DNA of 32,000 nt from Thermodesulfobacteriota bacterium (GTDB lineage Bacteria; Desulfobacterota; WTBG01; JAGOGO01). The notes beneath the pieces are model-generated. The model ran no database searches, was not told the origin of the DNA, and was given only the letters and a program-made list of their open reading frames with translations. This document shows, piece after piece, positions 8,874-16,776 of the stretch (positions are counted from its first letter, which is position 1; each line of letters begins with the position of its first letter). The translations under genes were made by a program, and so were the position numbers. Location of the stretch: assembly GCA_026625185.1 (NCBI GenBank), contig CP113000.1:825622-857621 (forward strand), written 5' to 3'.

Positions 8874-9936
8874 GGGACGTTGTTGAAAATTAATACTTGT
8901 TTTTCTCAAACTCTATTTTTTTTTACTGCCTTGGCTATTGCGGATGTACATACCCCTAAATGTCTCGCTATCTCAGCCATCGGTATCCCCATCTCCTGGC
9001 TTAAATAATATGCTATTTCTCCTCTCACTTTTGACGCTTCCCGCCTTTGCCCGCCATTGCGAACCTCTGACTCCCTTATCTTCCCTTTGGCACATGATTC
9101 CTTAATCGTTTTATTAATAACTTGCTCGCGGTCTTTATTCAGAAGTTGCCTTTTTAACCGTGCATCCGCTTCGCTTAAAATTTCTCCGACAAAATCCCCT
9201 CCGCCCAACACCCGGCCATCATGGACCGTCTTGCCTCCTGTTCCCCTTAATGTTAGCACCTGTGACCAGCCGCCAAGACTCCTGATAAGCCCACCGCCTA
9301 TCAATTCCGGTCGCTTTCCTTGCCCTTCTCCTTCTTCAATAAACTTCCGATAAGCCCGAATCGCTTTCCTCTTTTCCTTTCCAAATAAGCTCAGCACATA
9401 CTCTCGTTCTTGCCAATCATTTGTTTGCTTGCTCATTACTATGCTATGGCCGTTCCATGGATAATAGTCCAGTTCTTGCATGCTCTTTACCACCAAAGCA
9501 CGAATCGGGTTTAAATGAATGTAACGAACAAGCTCTAATAGATAGGGATCTTCCTCACAAACGATAGATTTATACCGGTTTTGAAAAAGATGTCCATTTC
9601 TTTGATGCTTGCGGTTAAATCGGATGGCGTAGCCGGTTAGAAGCTTTCGCATAAAAGAAGAAATTCCTTCTGGGCCGCTAAAAAGCAGAAAATGCACATG
9701 ATTGTCCATCAAGGACCAGGCGAGAATCCGTGTTTTGGTCTTTTCGGCAAGATTGCCAACACGGGAGAGAAAATCTTTTCGATCATCGTCGTCGCGGAAT
9801 ATGGTTATGCCTTCAATCCCGCGGATCATAATGTGGTGCAGTGTTCCAGGAGCGTCTAATCTGGCTTGTCGTGGCATAATCCTTTTTTTGTCATAACCAA
9901 AAACAATTGTCAAGTGTTATTTTTCAACAACGTCCC
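8874..9936 (-). mobile_element. Inverted-repeat-bounded unit carrying a Y1-HUH (IS200/RAYT-like) gene (unit 1)
   Basis: gggacgttgttgaaaattaatacttg (8874-8899) versus the reverse complement of caagtgttatttttcaacaacgtccc (9911-9936): 24/26 match with a 16-bp perfect core. A single gene fills the unit. Confidence 0.5.
8906..9877 (-). CDS. IS200/RAYT-like Y1 HUH transposase-family protein with C-terminal DnaA-domain-IV-like HTH
   Basis: ORF 8906..9913 (TTG). ATG at 9877 (MPRQARLD) preferred. HUH motif DNHVHFLL, Tyr motif QNRYKS, C-terminal HTH-like IAYYLSQEMGIPMAEIARHLGVCTSAIAKAV. Confidence 0.8.
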   Translation of the reverse strand: MPRQARLDAPGTLHHIMIRGIEGITIFRDDDDRKDFLSRVGNLAEKTKTRILAWSLMDNHVHFLLFSGPEGISSFMRKLLTGYAIRFNRKHQRNGHLFQNRYKSIVCEEDPYLLELVRYIHLNPIRALVVKSMQELDYYPWNGHSIVMSKQTNDWQEREYVLSLFGKEKRKAIRAYRKFIEEGEGQGKRPELIGGGLIRSLGGWSQVLTLRGTGGKTVHDGRVLGGGDFVGEILSEADARLKRQLLNKDREQVINKTIKESCAKGKIRESEVRNGGQRREASKVRGEIAYYLSQEMGIPMAEIARHLGVCTSAIAKAVKKNRV

Positions 9937-9937
9937 T

Positions 9938-10132
9938 CTATCCTCTACAATAATCAACCAAGTTGATGGTTGTTTCTGCTACTGCATGTATCGGGCCGTT
10001 TTGGGTATCGTAAGTATTCGATAATATCGCCGGGGTCAGATTATTATAGGTATCCGTGCCGCCTTCGCCGATAAGCCTATGAAGTTTATCATACGTATAG
10101 GTGTGGGTGACACTTCTCACCTGATCATGGAC
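9938..10132 (-). pseudogene. RHS/YD-repeat protein fragment
   Basis: VHDQVRSVTHTYTYDKLHRLIGEGG...LSNTYDTQNGPI carries YxYDxxxRL / YD-type repeats. The frame opens just after a stop at 10133-10135 and ends (TAG 9938-9940) 1 nt from the unit-1 inverted repeat. Confidence 0.55.
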
Positions 10133-10140
10133 TTAAAATT

Positions 10141-10178
10141 TCAAAGAACAAAAAGAAGGGACACCTTAATGATGTCCC
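10141..10178 (-). terminator. Rho-independent terminator
   Basis: Minus strand GGGACA-tcattaagg-TGTCCC (10178-10158) followed by TTCTTTTTGTTCTTTG. Lies 55 nt downstream of the 10233 stop. Confidence 0.55.
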
Positions 10179-10232
10179 GCATAGAATTTTATAATTTTAT
10201 AGGATGTCTCCACTTCACTCCGCAATTTGAAA

Positions 10233-10403
10233 CTATTTAGTCAATAAATAAATGATTAGAATAAACACTGCCACTTCAACAAACAAAGAAATTATCCAAA
10301 ACCGTGTGCCTATCTTTTTGCGAAAATTTGTTAAAAACCACGCTTTAGATATCAACCCTATAAGTATATAAAGAAGTGTTAATAGCAATAAAAAGTATTT
10401 CAT
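10233..10403 (-). CDS. Small two-TM membrane protein (hypothetical)
   Basis: ORF 10233..10442. ATG at 10403 gives MKYFLLLLTLLYILIGLISKAWF...RFWIISLFVEVAVFILIIYLLTK with two hydrophobic helices, followed by a terminator. No family recognised. Confidence 0.35.
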   Translation of the reverse strand: MKYFLLLLTLLYILIGLISKAWFLTNFRKKIGTRFWIISLFVEVAVFILIIYLLTK

Positions 10404-10511
10404 TTCACCATGCATTGGGAGGATTAATTGCATTGGGCACACTAAGTGGTGTCCCCGGAATAGGTAAATCAGCGGATTGGTCCAGACTAAGACTTATTAA
10501 AATATCAAGAG

Positions 10512-11621
10512 GAAAGCATCAGGGAAAGCATCAGGGTCAGGTCTACACATTTTATAAAATTACAGCTTCAATCTGTTTTTTATCAGCGCCAACTTCCTCT
10601 TGAGCTTCTTATCTTCCTCTATGGTCTTTTCCAAACGCAGACTGGCTTGCGTTACCCCGGATTCGCTTAAACCAAAATATTCCCCAATTTCTTTCAACTT
10701 CCTTCCACTGAAGCGATGACTGAGATAAATACTTACCTTTTTCTTTGTCTTTTCTTCTTGACCGAATACCACCTCAGTTGCTTTCTCAATTTCTTCAATC
10801 GATACCTGCTCCTTTAGCTTCCTTAAGGCCGGAACCTCCCGATCCGCTTTCTTCTCACTAAGGTTGTTATCGATTACCGCCTTGACAAATCCCTTGCTAC
10901 CTAAAATCGTTGAAAAGACTACCTCCTTTAATGGGCTTTGTCCTTCTTGACAAATCATTACCTCAACAAACTCCCGATAACTCTTTTGCGCTGAGGAAAG
11001 TCCTTTGCCAAAAATGCCCAGGATAAAATCAATCTTTAACCATTCCGGCGCTTTCTTTTCACCGCAATAGTTCCGGTAACTTGACCAGGGGTACTCCTGA
11101 GGACTTTTGACTGCCCCAACCCGAACCGGGTTCAGATGTATGTAACGGGATAGTTCCTTTGCGTATTCGTCCGCTTCAATAAGGATTGCTTTATACCGGC
11201 CTTGTAGCAGATGGCCGGATCGTTCCCGTTTAAAGTTAAAATACGTGGTGTAGGCACCGTTTATATGGCGCATAATTTCGGAAAGGTTTCCGCGCGGGGT
11301 TTCCATAAGAAGGTGATAGTGATTATTCATCAGGCAATAAACGTGAATTGCCGCTCCGTACCGTTCGGTTGCGGATTCGAGATAGGAGAGAAACTTTTCT
11401 CGATCACGGTCGTTTTTAAATATCGTTTTTTGTTCGTTTCCCCGGGAGGTAATATGATAAAAAGCTCCCGGATACTGAATTCGTAATGGTCGGGCCATGG
11501 TCATTTCATCACTTTGATGGTTGAAAAATAATCAAAGGACTCTAAACTTTTTAATCTTCTACCATCAAAATTCTACTTTGTCAAATGTGTAGGCCTGACC
11601 CTGATGTTTTCTGATGTTTTC
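10512..11621 (-). mobile_element. Inverted-repeat-bounded unit carrying a second, divergent Y1-HUH gene (unit 2)
   Basis: Left end 10512-10552 is gaaagcatcagg gaaagcatcagg gtcaggtctacacattt. Right end 11583-11621 is aaatgtgtaggcctgaccctgatgttttc tgatgttttc, its reverse complement with a few substitutions and a short indel. Confidence 0.55.
10560..11504 (-). CDS. IS200/RAYT-like Y1 HUH transposase-family protein with C-terminal DnaA-domain-IV-like HTH (paralog)
   Basis: 314 aa. HUH motif NNHYHLLM, Tyr motif QGRYKA, C-terminal VSIYLSHRFSGRKLKEIGEYFGLSESGVTQASLRL. Roughly one-third identical to the 8906..9877 product by eye. Confidence 0.8.
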   Translation of the reverse strand: MTMARPLRIQYPGAFYHITSRGNEQKTIFKNDRDREKFLSYLESATERYGAAIHVYCLMNNHYHLLMETPRGNLSEIMRHINGAYTTYFNFKRERSGHLLQGRYKAILIEADEYAKELSRYIHLNPVRVGAVKSPQEYPWSSYRNYCGEKKAPEWLKIDFILGIFGKGLSSAQKSYREFVEVMICQEGQSPLKEVVFSTILGSKGFVKAVIDNNLSEKKADREVPALRKLKEQVSIEEIEKATEVVFGQEEKTKKKVSIYLSHRFSGRKLKEIGEYFGLSESGVTQASLRLEKTIEEDKKLKRKLALIKNRLKL

Positions 11622-11842
11622 TCGGAGCCGTCTGCATTGCCGTTTAGGATGCGGAGAAAATAATTATTGTTTGGAGCCTGGACGGTAAAGGATACCTCTT
11701 CGGTTTCAGGGGTGTCTACCTGTCTGGTATGCACCCAGGGTCCTCCAAAGACCATCTTCTGGCAGGTTGCTGAACAAATATTGTAGAATCCCCATAATAA
11801 GCACAGAAAAATGGCTACTAACAGAGCAACTGATTTCTTCAT
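11573..11842 (-). pseudogene. Truncated secreted-protein gene (RHS-type N-terminal region) fused to the unit-2 inverted repeat
   Basis: Signal peptide MKKSVALLVAIFLCLLWG, then ...SFTVQAPNNNYFLRILNGNADGS. The last 16 codons (EKTSENIRVRPTHLTK*) are encoded by the repeat 11583-11621. Confidence 0.5.
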
Positions 11843-11924
11843 GGCTTTTCTCCCCGTTTTAAAATTTAAAATTTACTCTCTCCACCTGCGGCTGGCTGAG
11901 ACACGGTGTTCAATAACCCCTCAG

Positions 11925-11977
11925 GTCATTCCCGTGAAAACGGAAATCCAGAAATTCCACATCAATTGCGGAATGAC
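11925..11977. repeat. Nested hairpin element
   Basis: gtcattcc (11925-11932) pairs with ggaatgac (11970-11977). Inner stem ttcccgt-gaaa-acggaaa. Resembles a widespread intergenic palindromic element type. Confidence 0.4.
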
Positions 11978-12020
11978 AGAATTAATACCACAGTTTTAGA
12001 TTATGAACTCCCCCTGACCC

Positions 12021-12037
12021 CCTCTTTTGAAAAGAGG
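12021..12037. repeat. Perfect palindrome cctcttttgaaaagagg
   Basis: 8-bp arms around a central g, read directly from the sequence. Lies in the 770-bp non-coding stretch upstream of ruvX. Confidence 0.4.
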
Positions 12038-12613
12038 AGGAATCAAAGGAAAAACTCTTTTCGAGAGAGGAAGGAATCGGTAAGATAAATTTTTTTTTGG
12101 GTAACATCAAGCATCAACCTTTGTCAATAGGAAGGTCGCCTCATTTTATAGGGGGAAATTCCCAGAAATAGGAATTTTCCCCGGAATTAACCTATCAACA
12201 GTTCTTCAAATTTTGGGATTTAATTTGGGAAGTAGGGAAAAAAAATACCTTCCCGGCCTTAACTGCCAAAAAGGTATTTTAGGTTTTCTCTTGGATATAG
12301 GTTTTCATTTTCCCTTCCTCCAGAACAAGTAATTATTCACTTATTTTTTATATAGAATTATTTTTTACCGATTAATGTCTTGGGTGTCAAGATTTTTTTT
12401 GAAAAAATTTTTTTGAAAAAAATAAAAACGGAAATCAATTAGTTACTGACTTTTAATAACCCTTTGGGTCATTTTTCGAGGCTATCATGCGGGGGAAAGA
12501 ATACATTGACTTATGGGGAGAAATTATATAAAAATTAACCAAAAAAGTTTCGTTTTCTTAAAACGGCAGTTGTCAGAGAGAAATAGATTATAAAACTAAT
12601 GAGATATTAATAT

Positions 12614-13033
12614 ATGCGTTTTTTGGGACTCGACATCGGCAGTAAGCGGATCGGATTAGCCTTAAGTGATGAATTGGGTATAACCGCCCAAGGCCTTCCG
12701 ACCTTAACTCGCACTACTCCTGAAAATGATATTCGGAAACTCCTGAAAATTGCCGGCCAGCATAAGGTGGAAAAAATTGTCATTGGACTTCCAAAAAATA
12801 TGAATGGAACGTTAGGAAAATCCGCTGAACAGGTTTTAACTTTTATCCAAAGAATGAAAGAAAAAACCGCCATACCCGTTGATGTTTGGGACGAGAGACT
12901 TTCTACTGTGGCGGTAAACCGCACCCTGCTGAGTGCTAATGTCAGCCGTCGCCGCCGAAAAGAAGTGGTGGATAAATTAGCCGCAGTGTATATCCTGCAG
13001 GGATTTTTGGACAGGCAAAGACGGCTCAACTGA
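12614..13033 (+). CDS. ruvX: Holliday junction resolvase-like protein RuvX (YqgF)
   Basis: 139 aa. N-terminal MRFLGLDIGSKRIGLALSD signature and DERLST motif. Confidence 0.9.
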   Translation: MRFLGLDIGSKRIGLALSDELGITAQGLPTLTRTTPENDIRKLLKIAGQHKVEKIVIGLPKNMNGTLGKSAEQVLTFIQRMKEKTAIPVDVWDERLSTVAVNRTLLSANVSRRRRKEVVDKLAAVYILQGFLDRQRRLN

Positions 13034-13056
13034 TTTTTCGCCCCTCTTTGCTCACG

Positions 13057-14064
13057 ATGAAAAAGGTCTTTGCCAATACTACCTGTTTAATTCTGACTCT
13101 GGGGATTCCTGCTTTCATCGGGATATTGTTATCATTTGCCATCCTTCCCCCGCCGCACATGGAGGTTGTTGAGGTAATTACTATCCCCCTGGGTGTAAGT
13201 CTGCATGAGGTAACTCACCTTCTTTCCTCGAAAAGGATCATCCGCAGTCAAACTCTTTTTAACCTCCTGGTACGGTATAGGAGGGCGGATACCCAGATAA
13301 AATCTGGGGAATATCGCCTCACCAACCGGATGCTTCCCCATGAAGTTTTGAATAAATTAATTCGGGGAGAGCAAATCAAATACAGCATTACTATTCCGGA
13401 AGGGTTGACGGTCGCGCAAATGGCGCTTCTGTATGAAAAAGCGGGAATTGCTGAGCAAAGCCGATTCATTAGCCTGTCGACTGACCCAAATTTTATTGCT
13501 TCCCTGGGAATTCAGGCAGAAACCCTGGAAGGATATCTTTTTCCGGATACGTATAAATTTATTCGAAACATCGGGGAAAAAAATATTATTCGAAGCATGG
13601 TGCAGCGCTTCAATGAAGTTTATGGGGAAGAATTTAAGAAAAGAGGGCAGGAACTTAACCTTTCCCAAAGAGACGTGATCATCCTTGCCTCCCTGATTGA
13701 AAAAGAAGCCGCCTGTCCTCAAGAACGAGCACTTATCTCAGCGGTGTTTTACAATCGGCTGAAACTCCATATGCAGCTACAGTGCGATTCTACGGTGATA
13801 TTTGGGATTAAAAATTTTAACGGCAATCTTACCAAAGATGATCTAAAAACATGCACTCCTTTTAATACCTACGTTTACTCCGGTCTTCCTCCCACGCCGA
13901 TTGCAAATCCGGGCTTAGATTCGATTAAAGCGGCTCTCTATCCCGCGGATGTTAACTACCTTTTTTTCGTCTCCCGGAATGACGGCACTCACTATTTCTC
14001 TTCTACGCTGGCTGAACATAACCAGGCAGTTAATAAGTATCAGAGAAGAAATCAAGAAGAGTGA
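13057..14064 (+). CDS. mltG: Endolytic murein transglycosylase MltG (YceG family)
   Basis: ORF 13048..14064 (TTG). ATG at 13057 preferred. N-terminal TM anchor, YceG motifs ASLIEKEA, FYNRL, and PTPIANPG near the C-terminus. ruvX-mltG synteny. Confidence 0.85.
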   Translation: MKKVFANTTCLILTLGIPAFIGILLSFAILPPPHMEVVEVITIPLGVSLHEVTHLLSSKRIIRSQTLFNLLVRYRRADTQIKSGEYRLTNRMLPHEVLNKLIRGEQIKYSITIPEGLTVAQMALLYEKAGIAEQSRFISLSTDPNFIASLGIQAETLEGYLFPDTYKFIRNIGEKNIIRSMVQRFNEVYGEEFKKRGQELNLSQRDVIILASLIEKEAACPQERALISAVFYNRLKLHMQLQCDSTVIFGIKNFNGNLTKDDLKTCTPFNTYVYSGLPPTPIANPGLDSIKAALYPADVNYLFFVSRNDGTHYFSSTLAEHNQAVNKYQRRNQEE

Positions 14065-14415
14065 CCGTTGGAGGAACAGCTGGAATTGTTGAAGCTATTC
14101 CAGGAATCGGCTGATTTTGGCCAACTGCGTAGCCTCTCTGAAAAAATACTGCTTAATGGCGGACGGGTTGAAGTCATACTGAAATCAACCAACAGCCTGC
14201 CCAAATATGAGATTGAGATCAATCAAGTGTAGATGGGCAATAGGTACATCCTATAAAATTATAAAATTCTTGACAACAGGATCTTATACGGATTACTATA
14301 ATCCTTATTAGGCTATAAAGTAGGAAGATATGCCGACGCCTGAACCGGAGCTGTACGAACAGGGTAAAAGGGGCATCCTATAATAATCTTGCCAAACAAA
14401 AAATGGGAGTCATTT

Positions 14416-15390
14416 ATGAAGACACGCATAACCAAGCTTTTTGATATCGAGCATCCGATCATTCAAGGCGGTATGCACTATGTTGGGTTCGCTGAATTGG
14501 CGGCAGCGGTTTCAAATGCAGGGGGCCTTGGGATTATCACGGGATTGACGCAGAAGACGCCGGCGGAATTAGAAAAGGAGATTGCGCGCTGCCGAAAGAT
14601 GACCGACAAACCATTTGGGGTGAACTTAACTTTTATACCGACAGTCGGTTCGTCGGATTATCCGGGATATATAAGTGCGATTATCGAGGGGGGTGTGAAA
14701 ATTGTGGAAACAGCAGGCCGCAATCCTCAAAAATACGTATCAATGCTGAAGGATGCAGGCGTGAAAGTCATCCACAAATGCACCTCGGTTCGTCATGCAC
14801 TGAAGGCTGAGACGATTGGGTGCGACGCGGTGTCGGTAGACGGATTCGAGTGCGGAGGCCACCCGGGTGAGGATGATATTCCAAACATGATCCTGCTTCC
14901 GAGAGCGGCAGAAGAACTAAAAATCCCTTTCGTCGCCTCCGGCGGCATGGCAGACGCTCGTAGTCTCGTTGCCTCCCTATCCTTGGGAGCGGATGGCATT
15001 AATATGGGCACGCGCTTCATTGCCACCAAGGAAGCGCCTGTACATGAAAACGTGAAGCGGGCGATTATAGCGGCAACGGAGCTTGACACTCGCCTTGTTA
15101 TGCGTCCACTAGGGAATACCGAGCGTGTTTTTAATAACGCAACCGTTAAGCGCCTGTTGGAAAAAGAAGCGTCACTCGGCAAGAATATTAGGTTCGAGGA
15201 CATTATCGAAGAGGTGTCCGGGGTTTATCCAAAGGTTATGATGGATGGCGAAATCGATTCAGGTGCCTGGTCCTGTGGCATGGTAGTTGGGCTGATCCAC
15301 GACATCCCGACTTGCAAAGAACTAATAAATCGTATCATGTCCGAAGCAGAGGCAATCATTCGAAACCGCCTGGAAGGCATGCTGGCCTAA
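14416..15390 (+). CDS. Nitronate monooxygenase / FabK-like FMN oxidoreductase (NMO family)
   Basis: ORF 14389..15390. ATG at 14416 has a GGGAG SD 7 nt upstream. N-terminal FDIEHPIIQGGMHYVGFAELAAAVSNAGGLGII and GADGINMGTRF are typical of the family. Confidence 0.85.
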   Translation: MKTRITKLFDIEHPIIQGGMHYVGFAELAAAVSNAGGLGIITGLTQKTPAELEKEIARCRKMTDKPFGVNLTFIPTVGSSDYPGYISAIIEGGVKIVETAGRNPQKYVSMLKDAGVKVIHKCTSVRHALKAETIGCDAVSVDGFECGGHPGEDDIPNMILLPRAAEELKIPFVASGGMADARSLVASLSLGADGINMGTRFIATKEAPVHENVKRAIIAATELDTRLVMRPLGNTERVFNNATVKRLLEKEASLGKNIRFEDIIEEVSGVYPKVMMDGEIDSGAWSCGMVVGLIHDIPTCKELINRIMSEAEAIIRNRLEGMLA

Positions 15391-15447
15391 AAAACATATT
15401 AGGGGGTCAGCGGAGATATTTAAAAACCAAGAATGCCGCAATCGAGA

Positions 15448-15467
15448 GCTGGGGCAAAAACCCCAGC
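15448..15467 (+). terminator. Hairpin downstream of the NMO gene
   Basis: GCTGGGG-caaaaa-CCCCAGC, a 7-bp perfect stem 58 nt after the stop. No U-tract follows, so termination is uncertain. Confidence 0.3.
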
Positions 15468-15637
15468 CTCAAGATGATGGGAGAAAAGTTGGGGGATGAT
15501 AGAGATATTCTAAAATGATTCTGTAAAGAAAAAAATAGCAATCAAAGAAAAATAACAATATCAGCAAAATACAATTTCGCTTTTTTTTCGATACACCTTG
15601 TATGTCTTCAGGCCCAAGTGGACAAATTTTTCTAAGT

Positions 15638-15868
15638 TTAGGTTGCGAACCCATGGTGGTCCGGGCCTTTGGTTTTAATGGTAAGATTGTATTGCTTCCT
15701 GCATTCCAAGGTCAAACGTTTTTTTCTTTCCTACTCTGTATGATACCCTCTTTTCTTCCCGCATACAAGTCTTCCGGGGATTACATTTTCGAGTGACTCG
15801 TGCAAGGTGCTGTTGTAGGTGGAAATGACCTGATCCACGGCTTTTTTCAGCTCATCCGGAAAACAATA
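15638..15868 (-). pseudogene. C-terminal remnant of an integrase-core (IS3-like) transposase
   Basis: Hand translation YCFPDELKKAVDQVISTYNSTLHESLENVIPGRLVCGKKRGYHTE*ERKKRLTLECRKQYN... matches the YN..R.HESL..TP...GR...RRK..K..TLE.R tail of rve transposases. 5'-truncated, with an in-frame TAG. Confidence 0.55.
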
Positions 15869-15874
15869 GAATCT

Positions 15875-15916
15875 AAAAAAAACGGCTAACCGATATTTTG
15901 CTCACTGTTAGCCGTT
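15875..15916 (-). terminator. Rho-independent terminator
   Basis: aacggctaac (15881-15890) pairs with gttagccgtt (15907-15916), a 10-bp perfect stem with a 16-nt loop. On the minus strand it is followed by T8 (A-run 15875-15882 on plus). Confidence 0.55.
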
Positions 15917-16051
15917 TAAACAATCATCTTATAATATAGTTTTAAACCCAGCTATCTCCGATATTCACCGCCAGGGTTTTCACCCTGATATCCACGGTCA
16001 TAATACCCATTCCAAGGTCTATATTAGCCACCATAATACCCATACCAAGGC

Positions 16052-16258
16052 CTATAGTAGCCGGAGGGTGGTTAGTAATAAATTGGTGGTGGAGCCCCCC
16101 GGATAATAATAAGGTGGGGGAACACCTACCCCCACTGTGAACCCTGGCCAGTAAAAGCCAAAGTTTGAATGACCAGACCTTACAGGCGTAGCCGTTAAAA
16201 GGGTTAGGGTTAAGCTTAACACTGCTATGAAAATTAATGCTTTCTTCATGTTTATCAC
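16052..16258 (-). CDS. Small secreted Tyr/Gly/Pro-rich protein (possibly the intact stub of a longer decayed gene ending near 15952)
   Basis: Signal peptide MKKALIFIAVLSLTLTLLTA, then GFYWPGFTVGVGVPPPYYYPGG. Downstream in another frame: ...PPSGYYRPWYGYYGG*YRPWNGYYDRGYQGE..., encoded by a 33-bp tandem repeat (15998-16063). Confidence 0.4.
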   Translation of the reverse strand: MINMKKALIFIAVLSLTLTLLTATPVRSGHSNFGFYWPGFTVGVGVPPPYYYPGGSTTNLLLTTLRLL

Positions 16259-16776
16259 CTTCCCTTTTTATTATATGAGATTTTATTTTTTAAATATCGA
16301 TAGTTAAGTATTTCCTAATGAGTCAATTATTCTCGTTAATGCATTATCAATAATGACGCACGACTTCTAAATTAGTTTACAGGAAATAAGCTCGGGGGAA
16401 AATTTTTTATGTGAGCCCAAAGTCAGGACTAAAAGATAGCCTGTTCGATTTAACAACATATTTTTGTTTGCCTATAATCTTACAACTACTCAATTCTACA
16501 GTGAATTTTAATGAGTTTGGGGACTGGGGAGGGAGTCGAAATTGGTTTTGCCCTTATCTATCTGTTCTTCGCCTGTGCTGAGGTGTTAAAATTTCAAGGG
16601 GGACAATCATTATTGATTTTCTCTAACAATGGTTGCTGAACGGGTTTTATCCTGTCACACTCTGGGAGATAGGGATGAAACTAATTATCTTTGAAATTAA
16701 TAAACCCTTCAAGCAGGGTGACCTGCCCCCGAAACATGTACCACATTTAGAGTAAAATTCTACCATTTTTTATTTC

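Noticed and set aside
14270-14302. TTGACA plus TATAAT as the NMO gene promoter
   Set aside because: The spacing is 21 nt. The TTGACA is part of a dispersed repeat also found downstream of another gene, so it may not be a promoter element.
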